A DNA stretch of 64,000 nucleotides from Candidatus Woesearchaeota archaeon (GCA_030670545.1 DAOVBM010000003.1:1765-65764); one strand, 5' to 3'; counted from the stretch's first letter, positions 19,792-30,637 are shown. Program-made: numbers and translations. Notes: a model not told the origin generated them from the letters alone.

Positions 19792-20627
19792 AAAGAATCA
19801 AATATATTTTTGTTTGTCTGGATAGTATAGAAATCGACTCCAAGTTTATTACAGACATTTTTTATTTTGGAATTATGTTCATGCAGCTTATTTTTGTAGT
19901 TATTCTTCAACTTTGGGCTTATATATGTCCTGAATGTTTGGTTTGTCTCAAGGTCCTGCAGATTATAGTCACCTTCAATGCCTTTAAGGTCCACCTCCAA
20001 TGGATCAAGCACCTGTACAAGTTTAATATTATGGCCCCCAAATAGGTAAAGCGGCACTTTTATCTGTTCTATGTCATACATAAAATCAGATATTATGATT
20101 ACAAGCGACCTGCTCTGTATAAACTTCCTGTATTTCATCATGCAGTCCTTGAAGTCTGACTCTTTTCCTTTCTTGAGATCATTGAGGTAATCAATCATGA
20201 CCATTATCTGGCTCCTGCTTTTCTTTGAAGAGAATACAGTCAGTTGGTCAGAAAAGGTAGCGAACTGAAACTTGCCGTTCTCACGCAGGCTGAGGTATGC
20301 GAATCCAATCCCTATCATTGATGCATAATCGAATTTAGTCATATTTGAAGATCCAAAATTCATGCTTGCGCTGTTGTCGATTATGACATGCACTATAATG
20401 TTCCTGTCTTCCTCAAAGTTCTTTATGTAGAGGTCGTCTGTCCTTGCAAATAGTTTCCAGTCAATGCTCCTGAAATCATCTCCTGGGGCATACATCCTAT
20501 GGTCCTTGAACATTATGCCTTTGCCCTGGGTTATAGACCTTCTTGACCCTGCATAATTTGAAGTCACCCTCTTGTGTACTATAAGGCTGAATCTGGACAG
20601 TTGGTCAAGGAATCCTGCAGTGATCAT
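19773..20627 (-). CDS. DUF58 VWA-like protein
   Basis: FKDHRMYAPGDDFRSIDWK, IDNSASM, IISDF; next to moxR. Confidence 0.92.
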   Translation of the reverse strand: MITAGFLDQLSRFSLIVHKRVTSNYAGSRRSITQGKGIMFKDHRMYAPGDDFRSIDWKLFARTDDLYIKNFEEDRNIIVHVIIDNSASMNFGSSNMTKFDYASMIGIGFAYLSLRENGKFQFATFSDQLTVFSSKKSRSQIMVMIDYLNDLKKGKESDFKDCMMKYRKFIQSRSLVIIISDFMYDIEQIKVPLYLFGGHNIKLVQVLDPLEVDLKGIEGDYNLQDLETNQTFRTYISPKLKNNYKNKLHEHNSKIKNVCNKLGVDFYTIQTNKNIFDSFYEVLK

Positions 20628-20631
20628 TCTC

Positions 20632-21567
20632 TTATTTCACCTTTTTCAGCACTTCTGCGATTGCATCATCAGTTGTCATGCCTTTTCTTTCTGCCTCGAA
20701 ATTGAGTATTATCCTGTGCCTCATTATCGGGTAGGCAAGCTGTTCTATATCCTCTGAACTGACATTGTTCTTCCCTCTCATGAGCGCTCTTGCCTTTGCT
20801 GCAAGGATGAGGCCTATAGATGCTCTTGGAGATGCTCCATATTCAATCAGTTCAGGTATCTTCCTTGTCTTTGTGACTATCTTTATCACTTTTGCCTTGA
20901 GGTCATTTGCTATCGGAACCTGTCTTGTAAGTTCCTGCAGCCTTATGAGCTTGTCTTTGTTCAGGAGAACTTTCGGCTTTCCAAGTCTGATATCAGAGCT
21001 GTATATGTGGGCAATCTTAAGCTCGTCAGTAGGTGTAGGGTAAGCTGCTTTTATCTTGAGCAGGAATCTGTCTGCCTGCGCTTCAGGAAGAGGGTATGTC
21101 CCTTCCTGTTCTATAGGATTCTGCGTGGCAAGCACAAAGAACGGCTTATCAAGGCTAAAAGTGTTATTCCCTACTGTCACCTGCTTCTCCTGCATCGCCT
21201 CAAGAAGAGCAGACTGTGTCTTTGGAGTAGCTCTGTTTATCTCATCTGCAAGCACTATGTTCGAGAAAACAGGTCCCTGCTGGAACTTGAAATGCCTTTT
21301 GCCTGCTGTCTCCTCAATTATATAAGTGCCTGTGATGTCTGATGGCATGAGGTCTGCAGTCATCTGTATCCTTGAAAATTTCATGTCCATTATATCTGAT
21401 ATTGTCTTTATTGCAAGAGTCTTTGCAAGGCCTGGATAGCCTTCAATCAGTACGTTTGAATTACACAACATGCCCACAAGCGCCTGTTCTATCATCTCAT
21501 GCTGGCCAATGACAACCTTGCCTATCTCATTGTAGACAAGATCAAAAATCTCTTTGTATCTTCTCAT
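20632..21567 (-). CDS. moxR: MoxR family AAA+ ATPase
   Basis: EGYPGLAKT, LADEINRATPKTQSALLEAMQE, ATQNPIEQEGTYPLPEAQADRF, GASPRA. Confidence 0.93.
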   Translation of the reverse strand: MRRYKEIFDLVYNEIGKVVIGQHEMIEQALVGMLCNSNVLIEGYPGLAKTLAIKTISDIMDMKFSRIQMTADLMPSDITGTYIIEETAGKRHFKFQQGPVFSNIVLADEINRATPKTQSALLEAMQEKQVTVGNNTFSLDKPFFVLATQNPIEQEGTYPLPEAQADRFLLKIKAAYPTPTDELKIAHIYSSDIRLGKPKVLLNKDKLIRLQELTRQVPIANDLKAKVIKIVTKTRKIPELIEYGASPRASIGLILAAKARALMRGKNNVSSEDIEQLAYPIMRHRIILNFEAERKGMTTDDAIAEVLKKVK

Positions 21568-21607
21568 CTTTTTTCCCTCCTTTTGTTCAATATGATTGAT
21601 AAACATA

Positions 21608-22384
21608 TCATTTTGCAATCTCTTTGAAATAGTTCTTGACTATCTCCTGATTCTCTTTTTCTATGTTAGCTTTGTAAGCGCCTGCGCGCGATACTGTAAC
21701 TGATTCAGGGTATATATCCTGGAAATCTTTCTTTTCAGGATCCTGGACAACATCAGATGTCAGCTTGTAATTTGATTCTATTAGCTGTATCAGCATCTCC
21801 TCTTCTCCAAGTTCACCCAGGTTGAACTCCCCATACCAGTCATCTTCAACTGACACAAGCTGGTACTCTGGTTTGGCTATTCCTGCTTCCTTATCAACTG
21901 GCTCTCTTTTCTGGACTAAGTCTGATACTGCCTTGTTGAAATCGAACAGCACAAAATGATAAGGGGCAAGCACTACTATAAGTATGCACAATCCTATAAT
22001 CACTCCTGTTTTTATTGTAGTCTTCTTTTGGTCGAAAAACTCCCCTGTCTGCACTTTTTTTATCTCCTTGCTTATCTCTTCCTGCAGGTCCTCTACAAAT
22101 GGATTTTTTGAATACAGATAATCCTTTGCTGTCCTCAGCTTTTCACTGAGAAAATCATAAGAGTCTTCAACAATCCTGAGTTTGTTCTTCTTCATCTCCT
22201 TCCATACTCCCCATATTAAATAGCCAAGGCTGGGAAGCAGTGCCCAGCTCCAACTGATGTTGAAGAGCGACAGCGCAAGGTAGAATGACAGGAAAATTAT
22301 TGCAGTTGTGAGTATGGTGTCAAATAGCATAAACAGGCTCAATGTATAATTCACTTCCTCAAGTATCTGCTTAAAGTTTTTCAT
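21608..22384 (-). CDS. membrane protein of the MoxR/VWA operon
   Basis: 258 aa with three hydrophobic segments; co-oriented in the operon. Confidence 0.75.
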   Translation of the reverse strand: MKNFKQILEEVNYTLSLFMLFDTILTTAIIFLSFYLALSLFNISWSWALLPSLGYLIWGVWKEMKKNKLRIVEDSYDFLSEKLRTAKDYLYSKNPFVEDLQEEISKEIKKVQTGEFFDQKKTTIKTGVIIGLCILIVVLAPYHFVLFDFNKAVSDLVQKREPVDKEAGIAKPEYQLVSVEDDWYGEFNLGELGEEEMLIQLIESNYKLTSDVVQDPEKKDFQDIYPESVTVSRAGAYKANIEKENQEIVKNYFKEIAK

Positions 22385-22436
22385 TTTTTGTAAGTGCCTT
22401 AGTTTGCGTATGTCCTGTTATGTAGTGGTATATTGA

Positions 22437-22943
22437 TCAAGTAAGTAAGTTCTCGCAGTTATTCAGGTCATCTTCGCAGTCATCAAGATCACTTCTGCAT
22501 TCATTGTAGTCATCCTGCGCATCTTCATAAAGGCTCTTATATTTTGCTATGTCTTTCTCCTTCAATTTTATAGTCTCATTAAGTTCGTAAGCAATTTTCT
22601 TCTCACTGATTAGCTCTGATATCTTTGTATTCAGCTTGGCTGTTGTATCATCCAGTTTGTCCTGCACCCTGTCCATATCTTTTTCCAGTTCCTGATAGTC
22701 AATAACTATCGCCTCCACGTCTTGCGTTGTCCTGTTCAACTCATACTTTGTTTCGGTCAGCACTGTCTTATGTTTTGAAAGGTCTTGTGTGACTTTCTCA
22801 AGCTGGCTAAGCTTTGTTGTGTAATTTGCAGCAAGGTTGTTGAATGTCTGCTGGTAATATAGAGTAAACCCTATAAATACCATTATCATTCCAAGCACAA
22901 GCGCAAGCAGCCCAAAATTAAGGTTCTTTTTCATATAGCTCAT
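22437..22943 (-). CDS. membrane-anchored coiled-coil protein
   Basis: N-terminal TM segment, heptad-rich body, C-terminal Cys every 7 residues. Confidence 0.75.
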   Translation of the reverse strand: MSYMKKNLNFGLLALVLGMIMVFIGFTLYYQQTFNNLAANYTTKLSQLEKVTQDLSKHKTVLTETKYELNRTTQDVEAIVIDYQELEKDMDRVQDKLDDTTAKLNTKISELISEKKIAYELNETIKLKEKDIAKYKSLYEDAQDDYNECRSDLDDCEDDLNNCENLLT

Positions 22944-23054
22944 TTTTCATGCACCTTATTTACTTTTTTCTTTTTACTTATTATGATTTCGTTGTGATTA
23001 TAATCTTGCGGTAAGCTAAGGCGCTCACCAAAATTTGCGCAGCAAATCTTTGTC

Positions 23055-25529
23055 TTATCTTCTGCCATATTTCCTTATCCTCCTTATGCATATTTCAGTA
23101 AGGAATATTATCAGCGCAGTAAGCACAAAAGGCCACCTGAAATATATAGTGAGGGGCTCAATCATGACTGAATCCTCTTTTATCTTATCTACAATGCTTT
23201 CTATGTCATCTGGCCTGAACACTTTACCTTTCTTGAATGTGCCTTTCCTTACAAGATTGAGGAAATGAGGATTCATCCCCCTATTCCTGTATTCCAGCGG
23301 ATAGTTGACAGCCTGCATGTATCCAAAAAAATCCCTAAATTCCTTCCTGTGTGGATAATATTCTGTTGTATATTCCCTTTCATCTGTTTTGATAAATGCA
23401 AAGTCAAGCAGTTCAGGCATCTTGTCAGTATGTATCTTTACAATAGTCTTTTCTCCTATACGCGTGTCATCAAGGTCCACATTAAAGCGCTCTTTCCTGT
23501 CTGGGTCTTCTATTGCCCAGTTAATCATCCTTGGGATGAGCGATGAGCTGTTTCCGCTAAGCACAGGGCCAGACCATGCTCTGCCGTCATCAGTAGAGTA
23601 TGCTACAACCCTTCCAAGGCCGAAGTTCCATGCAGATACAACAGCATTTGCAGTGATAGTATATACCAAATCATGAGCTGACTTCTTTGGCACAACAGCA
23701 TTATATCCAGATACAGCGCCGTCATCAAGCTTAAGTCCTTTTGTGATCCAGTGGCTGGGGTTTATTATAAGTAGCTGCTCTACTTCACCTTCCTCTTTTT
23801 TCTTGAGATCTTCCTCTCCTTCTTTTCCTCCTTCAAATATGAACTCTAGAGGAAGAGGCTGGTCAACGCCAGTATATATGCCATCGCCTGCATCTGCTAC
23901 TTCATTGAGGAAGTCTTCATCAACCCCTCCTATTCCTGAATTAGAGTATCCTACTGTAAATATCTTGTATCCTTCTTCAGCAAGTTGCTGCGCTTTTCTT
24001 ATAGTATTTATTCGGTTAAGCACCTGTTTGCCGTCTGATATGATTATAAGATTGAGGTTATTTTCACCCTTGAGTATCACTTCAGCCCTTTTCAGCCCTG
24101 CATAGATATCTGTTCCCCCTGCGCCCACTATCCTGCCTATATGCGATATGACTGAATCTTCAAAATCAAGAGACCTTTCTGACATCTTTGTAAGATTGAC
24201 TACAGTTTTAGTTCGCTCTCCTGCTCCCCCTCCACTCCTGAATGCCACTACTCCTACAGCATCCTGCATCCTTGCATTGTACAGGACATCAACAGCAAGG
24301 GCTTTTGCATAATCAACAGCTTCTCCTTTGAATGAATATGATGCATCTATGACTATAACTACATTTACTCCTGATGCTCCGCTCTTCACTCCTGTGCCTA
24401 TCCTTACAGGAAGAAGTGTCTCAAACAATGTTCCTTTGTACCCTCCCTTGTCATAGGAGTTCTTCCCTCCTATGACAACAAGCCCATCTCCTTCTGTGAC
24501 ATAGTTGTTAAGGGAATCAAACTTTGGATTTATCTTTGCTATAGGGATGTCATTAAGTATCACAGCATAGTACTTTGAGAGTTGGTCTGGTATATAATTT
24601 AGTTTTTCAAGATTATAATTTTTTTCAAGTATCTCAAGCATAGGTGAATATGTTTCAGATACAAAAAGGGCTTTAGGCTTTTGGAGTATTTGCACAGTCT
24701 TCCTGTAGACATTGTTCTCTTTGAATTCGTCATCAACATCTTCTATATAAGCAAGGATAGTATGATAACCCTGGGGCAGTACTTTGCCAAATGTCTCTAT
24801 ATGCGAACCGACAATCCCTTCCTTGTCTATTACTGTTTGGTTGTCAAGTTTGACCTTAAGGCTGTATACCTTGTCTTTCCCTACATTTTCTATGCTTACT
24901 GTGAACTGGCTGTTGAGCCCTACTATATTCTGGGAAGGCCCGCTTATTATTACTGCTAGGTCGCTGCTCTCAGGCTCAAGATTGACTGTATTGATAGTAG
25001 TCTTTGATATTGCTGCATTTGTGAATGCATTGTCAAGTGTGGAACCGTGAGTTACCCATCCATCTGTTATCAGCAGTACACTCTCCCCATTGCCCTGCAT
25101 ATTGTTAATCAGCTCGTCTCCTATGCCTGATTCCTCGCTGCTTCCTATGTATTTCATTTTGACAGGCATGTGCTTTTCCAGGCTGTTTATTATCCTGCTT
25201 ATTTCATGCTGGTCAAATATTGAAAATGAGATTGAATTGTCAACCATTATAGTCACATGAGGATCTCCTTTTATCTCTTTCTCGTCTGTTATGAAAGGTG
25301 ATGCAAGGGCAATCAGCAGGAGAGCAACAGCGCAGGATCTCATTATAACCATAAATCTCTTGTCCCACTTTCTCTTAATCCTGTATGCCTGCTGTTCTTC
25401 AAAACTTTTGAATTTCACAAAATCCTTTTTTACAAAATAAGCTATGATTATTATGGCAAGCGGAATCAGAGCAAGATATAATGGGTCCTCAAATCTAAAC
25501 GGGATAATTATCTGCTTTAAAGGAATCAT
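23055..25529 (-). CDS. VWA domain membrane protein with GATase-like domain
   Basis: VDNSIS and IDASYS MIDAS motifs, GGTD, IISDG; GLVVIGGKNSY...LLPV; TM segments at both ends. Confidence 0.85.
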   Translation of the reverse strand: MIPLKQIIIPFRFEDPLYLALIPLAIIIIAYFVKKDFVKFKSFEEQQAYRIKRKWDKRFMVIMRSCAVALLLIALASPFITDEKEIKGDPHVTIMVDNSISFSIFDQHEISRIINSLEKHMPVKMKYIGSSEESGIGDELINNMQGNGESVLLITDGWVTHGSTLDNAFTNAAISKTTINTVNLEPESSDLAVIISGPSQNIVGLNSQFTVSIENVGKDKVYSLKVKLDNQTVIDKEGIVGSHIETFGKVLPQGYHTILAYIEDVDDEFKENNVYRKTVQILQKPKALFVSETYSPMLEILEKNYNLEKLNYIPDQLSKYYAVILNDIPIAKINPKFDSLNNYVTEGDGLVVIGGKNSYDKGGYKGTLFETLLPVRIGTGVKSGASGVNVVIVIDASYSFKGEAVDYAKALAVDVLYNARMQDAVGVVAFRSGGGAGERTKTVVNLTKMSERSLDFEDSVISHIGRIVGAGGTDIYAGLKRAEVILKGENNLNLIIISDGKQVLNRINTIRKAQQLAEEGYKIFTVGYSNSGIGGVDEDFLNEVADAGDGIYTGVDQPLPLEFIFEGGKEGEEDLKKKEEGEVEQLLIINPSHWITKGLKLDDGAVSGYNAVVPKKSAHDLVYTITANAVVSAWNFGLGRVVAYSTDDGRAWSGPVLSGNSSSLIPRMINWAIEDPDRKERFNVDLDDTRIGEKTIVKIHTDKMPELLDFAFIKTDEREYTTEYYPHRKEFRDFFGYMQAVNYPLEYRNRGMNPHFLNLVRKGTFKKGKVFRPDDIESIVDKIKEDSVMIEPLTIYFRWPFVLTALIIFLTEICIRRIRKYGRR

Positions 25530-27325
25530 TATATATCCCCCCTTGATTTTATTATGAATATCTCTGCAATAAAAAGCGCGAATACAAGCATTATTAAAAA
25601 CTTCTCAAAACTGTATGGCATCTTGTGCTTGCTCTCTTCTATCTCAAACTCTTCCATGTCTCTCTTCATCACACTACTCCTGTTGATTCCTGAAGCTCCC
25701 ACATCAGATTCTATCTTATCAAGCAGGTTGACAGACACATCCTTCCCTTTTATGTTGTATATGCCCTGGACTGTTATGTTTATTGTATAGAAATCAGTGA
25801 ATCTTCTGTTATAATCTGATATGTCCCCCCTTTCAACAAGAAAATAAACAAGATTGTTCCAGAATATAGGATAATCCTGGGACAGGACGAACTCGTTCTG
25901 ATCTTCAATTCCATAATAAACTGATTTGCCTTTATCTATCTTTTTTATGGCTATAAGAGGTGTTTCATCATCTGCTGTCGCAATCACTATGCTGTTATTG
26001 CTCGCTGTTGCATTGAAGTAATGCGATGTAGAATATTTCCCTGCTTCCTTTCCTTCTCCAATGCTCTGCAGAGACTTACTGAATTTGTTGAATATGTCAA
26101 CATTTATTGTGGACTCATTGAGATAATCAGATATTGAGACAGGCATAAGGCTGAACCAGTTTATATTTTTCATGTCAGGCTGCGTGATTATTATGGCGCT
26201 TGCTCCCTGTTTCACTTTTCTTTCTACATCATCAGGTGTGCTCGGCAATAGTATCTTTGTGTTTATGTTTGAGAATATTATCACATCATAGTCATAAGAG
26301 CTTATCCTTGGCGGCTCTTCTATTGTAAGGGCTATGCGGGGAGATGAGCGCAGCGCAATTTCAATATTGCTATTTCTCTGGTTTGTTATAAGAAGCACAC
26401 TTATCTTTTCTTTTTCAGGCGATGATATGTATGCTCTGTTGTCGACTAGAAAATCATCCTTTGTATCCAGCTCTATCATGCTTCTTCCTGGGAGAGTGTC
26501 AAAGATTGCTGTTTCTATTGAGTGCGGCAGGATGTCAAGGCTGATTTTATCAACAGTATTTCCGTCTTTTATCAGGGAGATTGATACAGATTCTTTTTTG
26601 TCATTATAATTCTTTATGTATGCTTTTGATTTGTCATTCCCGTATTCTATATCTATAATTCCTATATTCTCTGCAGACTCTGATATATCGATGAATTCCA
26701 CGTCAATATTTTTTGAAGAAAGTATCCTCTTTGCTTCGTTTGGGTCAGGTCCAAGCGTTGGTATGAAATCAGATATCACAACAACGCGGCCGCTTGATTC
26801 GTTTATCATCATTTCAGCTGCAAGTATTGCGCTGCCCAGGTTTGTGACACTGTCTGTCGGCTTTATCTGATCAATTACTTTCCTGGCTCTTGCAGAATGG
26901 ACACTGTTGGCTGCAATATAGGGGTTCTGTGATGCAAGTATTATGCTGTTAAGCCCTCCCAGGTTATCCTTGGCAATGCTTTTTGCTTCATCAAATCTTG
27001 TCTTTAGTCCATGTTTCACCTGCATGCTTGCTGAGGTATCAAGAACTATCACTGTATGCTTTGCAACATATTTTGCAGGAAGATCCATGTAAGGCACTGC
27101 AACTGCTAATGATAATGATATCAATGCGAGAAGCTGGAAAAGGAACAGGAGGTTATGTATGAGCTTCCGGAATATTGTATGCGCTGTTGTAAATCCTGAT
27201 GCCTTCATTATGAACATCAGCGAGGGTATCTTCTTCTCTTTTGGCCTTGGTTTTTTCAGGTATATTATTATTAGGGGTATAAGGCTTAATAATGCATACA
27301 ATCCATCGATATTGTCAAATGGCAA
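25529..27325 (-). CDS. BatA and VWA domain protein
   Basis: LIPLIIIYL...IPSLMF BatA signature; LDTSASM; VISDF. Confidence 0.88.
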   Translation of the reverse strand: MPFDNIDGLYALLSLIPLIIIYLKKPRPKEKKIPSLMFIMKASGFTTAHTIFRKLIHNLLFLFQLLALISLSLAVAVPYMDLPAKYVAKHTVIVLDTSASMQVKHGLKTRFDEAKSIAKDNLGGLNSIILASQNPYIAANSVHSARARKVIDQIKPTDSVTNLGSAILAAEMMINESSGRVVVISDFIPTLGPDPNEAKRILSSKNIDVEFIDISESAENIGIIDIEYGNDKSKAYIKNYNDKKESVSISLIKDGNTVDKISLDILPHSIETAIFDTLPGRSMIELDTKDDFLVDNRAYISSPEKEKISVLLITNQRNSNIEIALRSSPRIALTIEEPPRISSYDYDVIIFSNINTKILLPSTPDDVERKVKQGASAIIITQPDMKNINWFSLMPVSISDYLNESTINVDIFNKFSKSLQSIGEGKEAGKYSTSHYFNATASNNSIVIATADDETPLIAIKKIDKGKSVYYGIEDQNEFVLSQDYPIFWNNLVYFLVERGDISDYNRRFTDFYTINITVQGIYNIKGKDVSVNLLDKIESDVGASGINRSSVMKRDMEEFEIEESKHKMPYSFEKFLIMLVFALFIAEIFIIKSRGDI

Positions 27326-27326
27326 T

Positions 27327-27524
27327 CTATTTTACCTCTTTTTTTAAATTTTTGATAAGATCATTTGGGCTTGTAAGATCTTTCACTATTATCAGTTTGT
27401 CTCCTATTTCGTACCAGTAGAGTTCAGAGCCTATATCTATGTCCAGGTCTTTCCTTGCCTCTAACGGCAGCGTTATCTGGCCCTGCTTTGTCAGCCTGGC
27501 TTTTGATATGAACTTTGCTTGCAT
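27327..27524 (-). CDS. AbrB/MazE/SpoVT family DNA-binding protein
   Basis: RLTKQGQITLPLEARKDLDI signature; heads the VWA operon. Confidence 0.88.
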   Translation of the reverse strand: MQAKFISKARLTKQGQITLPLEARKDLDIDIGSELYWYEIGDKLIIVKDLTSPNDLIKNLKKEVK

Positions 27525-27633
27525 TTTATTAATAAATCTTTTGATTACATATTAAATTATTAATATTAATAATAACAATATAATTAATATTCTTATTAAT
27601 ATTATTAATGATATATAAATGTTGCGGTTTATT

Positions 27634-27808
27634 GTATGTAGAAAGTCTGCTAGTCAAGGAGCACTAGCATCATCAGGTCAAAACTCATTCTATATTTATG
27701 TCCTGCTCGTCGCGAGGGGTCGCTCCATCCGGGAACGCAGAGCCTTAGAAAAACAGATGTAGAGTTTTGAAGATGCTTGTGCTCCGTTACACTGGACTTT
27801 CTACATAC
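27634..27808 (-). mobile_element. MITE-like element family A, copy 2 (175 bp, inverted)
   Basis: perfect 14-bp TIR GTATGTAGAAAGTC/GACTTTCTACATAC; flanking 8-mers GGTTTATT / GGTTTTTT. Confidence 0.85.
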
Positions 27809-27835
27809 GGTTTTTTGTTGGGAAAAGAATAAGAT

Positions 27836-28666
27836 TTAAACAGTGATAGGGAGTTTACAAACTTCCTTAAAGATTATTTCTGTTTTTTTATTATATTGCC
27901 TTTGAGTTCCAAATTTAATATGGTATTCAATATTATTTCTTTTACAGAATTCAATCACTTGATTTGCACAATCTTCATAAAACATCTCATTATATCTGAA
28001 TTGAGAACTAATTACATTATAATTTAATTTTCCAAAAATGATTCTATCAACAAAACTTATTTGTTCTAATAATCCTTGTAAGTCTTGATTTTCATCAATA
28101 TTTGGAGTTGGATACGGCTCTATACTTACCCATGTTTTTAATCCTTTGTCGTGTAAATATTTTAATGATTTAATCCTATTCTTATATTGTGCACTGTATG
28201 GCTCAAATTCTCTTTTGAATTTATTATTCATAGATATAAGAGTAATACCATATTCATTGTTGATCCCGTATTTTTTTGAATTTGTTAAAGCTTGAGGATA
28301 AACCCCTTTTGTTAAAACTGTGCATTTTATGTTGCTCTCATTTAGTTTTTCTATTATTTTAAGAGTCATACCCTTTACTTCTTTATATCCATACATAAAA
28401 GGATCGGTCATAAAACATAAATGAACAAATTTAATTTTGCCTGCGTATTTAGGGATTTCTTTATCTAGTAATTCTAAAGCATTTTCAACCAGTTTGGGTT
28501 TAACCCAGTCAGAATATGTTTTTACTTTACCGAATCTCTTAGCCATATTGAAAGCATAGCAGGGAAACTTACAACCATGAGCACATCCTTCTACGTGATT
28601 TAAACAGAAATCAGCATATTCAACACCACTTTTATACAAAAGACTTTTTCTTTTGATTTTTTGCAT
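27836..28666 (-). CDS. radical SAM protein, spore photoproduct lyase-like
   Basis: GCAHGCKFPCYA cluster motif, MTDP, VLTKG, TWVSIEP. Confidence 0.8.
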   Translation of the reverse strand: MQKIKRKSLLYKSGVEYADFCLNHVEGCAHGCKFPCYAFNMAKRFGKVKTYSDWVKPKLVENALELLDKEIPKYAGKIKFVHLCFMTDPFMYGYKEVKGMTLKIIEKLNESNIKCTVLTKGVYPQALTNSKKYGINNEYGITLISMNNKFKREFEPYSAQYKNRIKSLKYLHDKGLKTWVSIEPYPTPNIDENQDLQGLLEQISFVDRIIFGKLNYNVISSQFRYNEMFYEDCANQVIEFCKRNNIEYHIKFGTQRQYNKKTEIIFKEVCKLPITV

Positions 28667-28678
28667 TATTCACCTCTT

Positions 28679-29755
28679 TTAAAATCTCATTTCATCTTCA
28701 TTATCAATACCTGTCCTTATCTTACCTGATTTAGTAGTTCTTATTTTTCTTACTATATTAATTTTACTATCTTTTTCCAATTCTTTTAATGCCTGGCGAA
28801 TATGTTTTACTAAATAAGGGGTTTCATCTATTTGCTCTTCAATTATTTCAATGAACGATTTATTACATCCCTTATAAGTTGATAAAAGATACTTCTTGAT
28901 TTCATCAATTTTTATATTATCATAATCAAAAAAAGTCATCTGGCTTTCAGTTTTACCCCTATATTCAACCCTCCCTCTATTGTATTTAGCAAAAGAGCCC
29001 TTCATTATCTCACAACCCTTATAGTGGTTTGTAAGATGAAATAAATAGTAATAAGTACGATTCATCTCAGGAAAGCATAATCGGTATGGGTAAACAAACT
29101 TACAGAATTCTTTTAGTTGTGATCTGAATAACTCAACAATTCTCTTTTCTTTCTCTCTGTTTTCAATATCTTTTAATTCTTTCCATTTAGATGATCCAAA
29201 TAATCCAATTAGTATTTCATCTGCTTGTTCAATACCTAGATTTCTATTTATTCCGTTATACATGAAATTTAAAAATACTTCTGATTTGGCTACTTTCATC
29301 ATCCTCTTTAATGTAGATATCTTAATTTTAAAACCAAAAGGATCAACAAAAAAGAAAGTTGGTGCTAAATTCGGATTTTCATCTAACAATTTATTAACAG
29401 CTAAATCAAAGTCTCTATTGACAAAAATAGGTTTAGCATCTAATTTTTTGTAGTCAAGTATCTTTTTAATATTTTCTAGATTGTTTTTATCCTTATCAAT
29501 TACCACTAAGCATACATCTCTTTTTAAATTTATTTTATTCCTTTGAATGATTTCTGCTGCTATTATTGGAGAACCAAAATAAATTTCATTACCTTCTTCA
29601 TAAGCTCCTTTTCCTCCAAAACAATCAAAATAATTTAGGGGATGATCTTTACCTAAAATTTTAACCCACTTATCAAAGTAATCAGCAAAAACTAGATGTT
29701 TTATTTTAGTTTGTTCCTCATATTTCCATGTTTCAAAGGGTACTGTTTTTTCCAT
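28679..29755 (-). CDS. tcmP: three-Cys-motif partner protein (TcmP/GMT-like)
   Basis: TKIKH, YFDCFGGKG.Y, GSP, FFFVDPFG, SEVFLNF, YYLFHLT.H.KG...MK signatures. Confidence 0.85.
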   Translation of the reverse strand: MEKTVPFETWKYEEQTKIKHLVFADYFDKWVKILGKDHPLNYFDCFGGKGAYEEGNEIYFGSPIIAAEIIQRNKINLKRDVCLVVIDKDKNNLENIKKILDYKKLDAKPIFVNRDFDLAVNKLLDENPNLAPTFFFVDPFGFKIKISTLKRMMKVAKSEVFLNFMYNGINRNLGIEQADEILIGLFGSSKWKELKDIENREKEKRIVELFRSQLKEFCKFVYPYRLCFPEMNRTYYYLFHLTNHYKGCEIMKGSFAKYNRGRVEYRGKTESQMTFFDYDNIKIDEIKKYLLSTYKGCNKSFIEIIEEQIDETPYLVKHIRQALKELEKDSKINIVRKIRTTKSGKIRTGIDNEDEMRF

Positions 29756-29891
29756 TTTTAAGAGAGAATATGTCTGAGTTTATAAATGCCACGTGGATAC
29801 CTGTCTAGTGGCAAGTGGCTTTTATCCGAGAATTCCGGTAATAATAACAAATTAAAGAATATTCAATCTGCTGCTTCAAAATCATTGCAAA

Positions 29892-30452
29892 TCAAAAACA
29901 AGGAACCGGAACAGAATCCGAAAAGAGTTCCCTTATCCTCTCTGCAAGCGTGTTCTTATCAGGCTTTTTATTAGAGAATTTATATCTTTTCATCTCAATT
30001 ATTGTGGGTAGATCGCTTTCGATAAGATACCTGACCAAAATGTCAGCAGCCCAATTATTGTCCTTTAAGTTCTGCCTGGCTTCTTCATACGAATGCATTG
30101 CGCCAAAATATTCATTATCTTTGTTCCAGTACATAATATCTTCCCCTGAAGAATCATGAATTCTGAAAATATTTGGAAGAACCGTCATTTCTATTCCTAT
30201 ATGCATCAGGATGATGCCAGCATCATAATGCAATCTATTCTTATATTGAGTCCAATACTGGATTTTTTGATACAAGGGCAGTTTAATCTTAGGAGCATGC
30301 TCTTTGTAATCTGCTATGTTCTCAGCCAGATAAATATCACTGCCCTTCAATAGGCAGATCTTTTCAGAAATAGAGGTCTGAGGAGATTGTCTTGCATACT
30401 GACTGAGGTTAATCATACTAATTTGAATAATAAAGAGATTATTTAAATTCAT
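29892..30452 (-). CDS. hypothetical protein
   Basis: 186-aa ORF; start uncertain. Confidence 0.6.
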   Translation of the reverse strand: MNLNNLFIIQISMINLSQYARQSPQTSISEKICLLKGSDIYLAENIADYKEHAPKIKLPLYQKIQYWTQYKNRLHYDAGIILMHIGIEMTVLPNIFRIHDSSGEDIMYWNKDNEYFGAMHSYEEARQNLKDNNWAADILVRYLIESDLPTIIEMKRYKFSNKKPDKNTLAERIRELFSDSVPVPCF

Positions 30453-30461
30453 CGCTTCATT

Positions 30462-30637
30462 TTATGTAATAGCCTTTTATAAACGAGCAGTAGCATCTTC
30501 AAAACTCTAGATGTGTTTTTAGAAGGCTCTGCGTCCCCGTAAGGGACAACCCCCCGCTACGAGCAGGCTGGTTTTAAAATTGATTGAGTTTTGACCTGAT
30601 GATGCTACTGCTCTAAAAATAGTAGACTTATACATAC
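30462..30637 (+). mobile_element. MITE-like element family A, copy 3 (176 bp)
   Basis: family core present; perfect flanking direct repeat GCTTCATT (30454-30461 / 30638-30645); right end GACTTATACATAC. Confidence 0.85.

Noticed and set aside
27545-27620. AT-only palindromes upstream of the AbrB gene as an operator or origin
   Set aside because: The sequence is too low in complexity for the inverted repeat to be significant by eye.
27634-30637. Composite transposon or integron attC-type cassette array formed by family A copies
   Set aside because: Each copy has its own target duplication, there are no RYYYAAC/GTTRRRY ends, orientations are inconsistent and no integrase is present.
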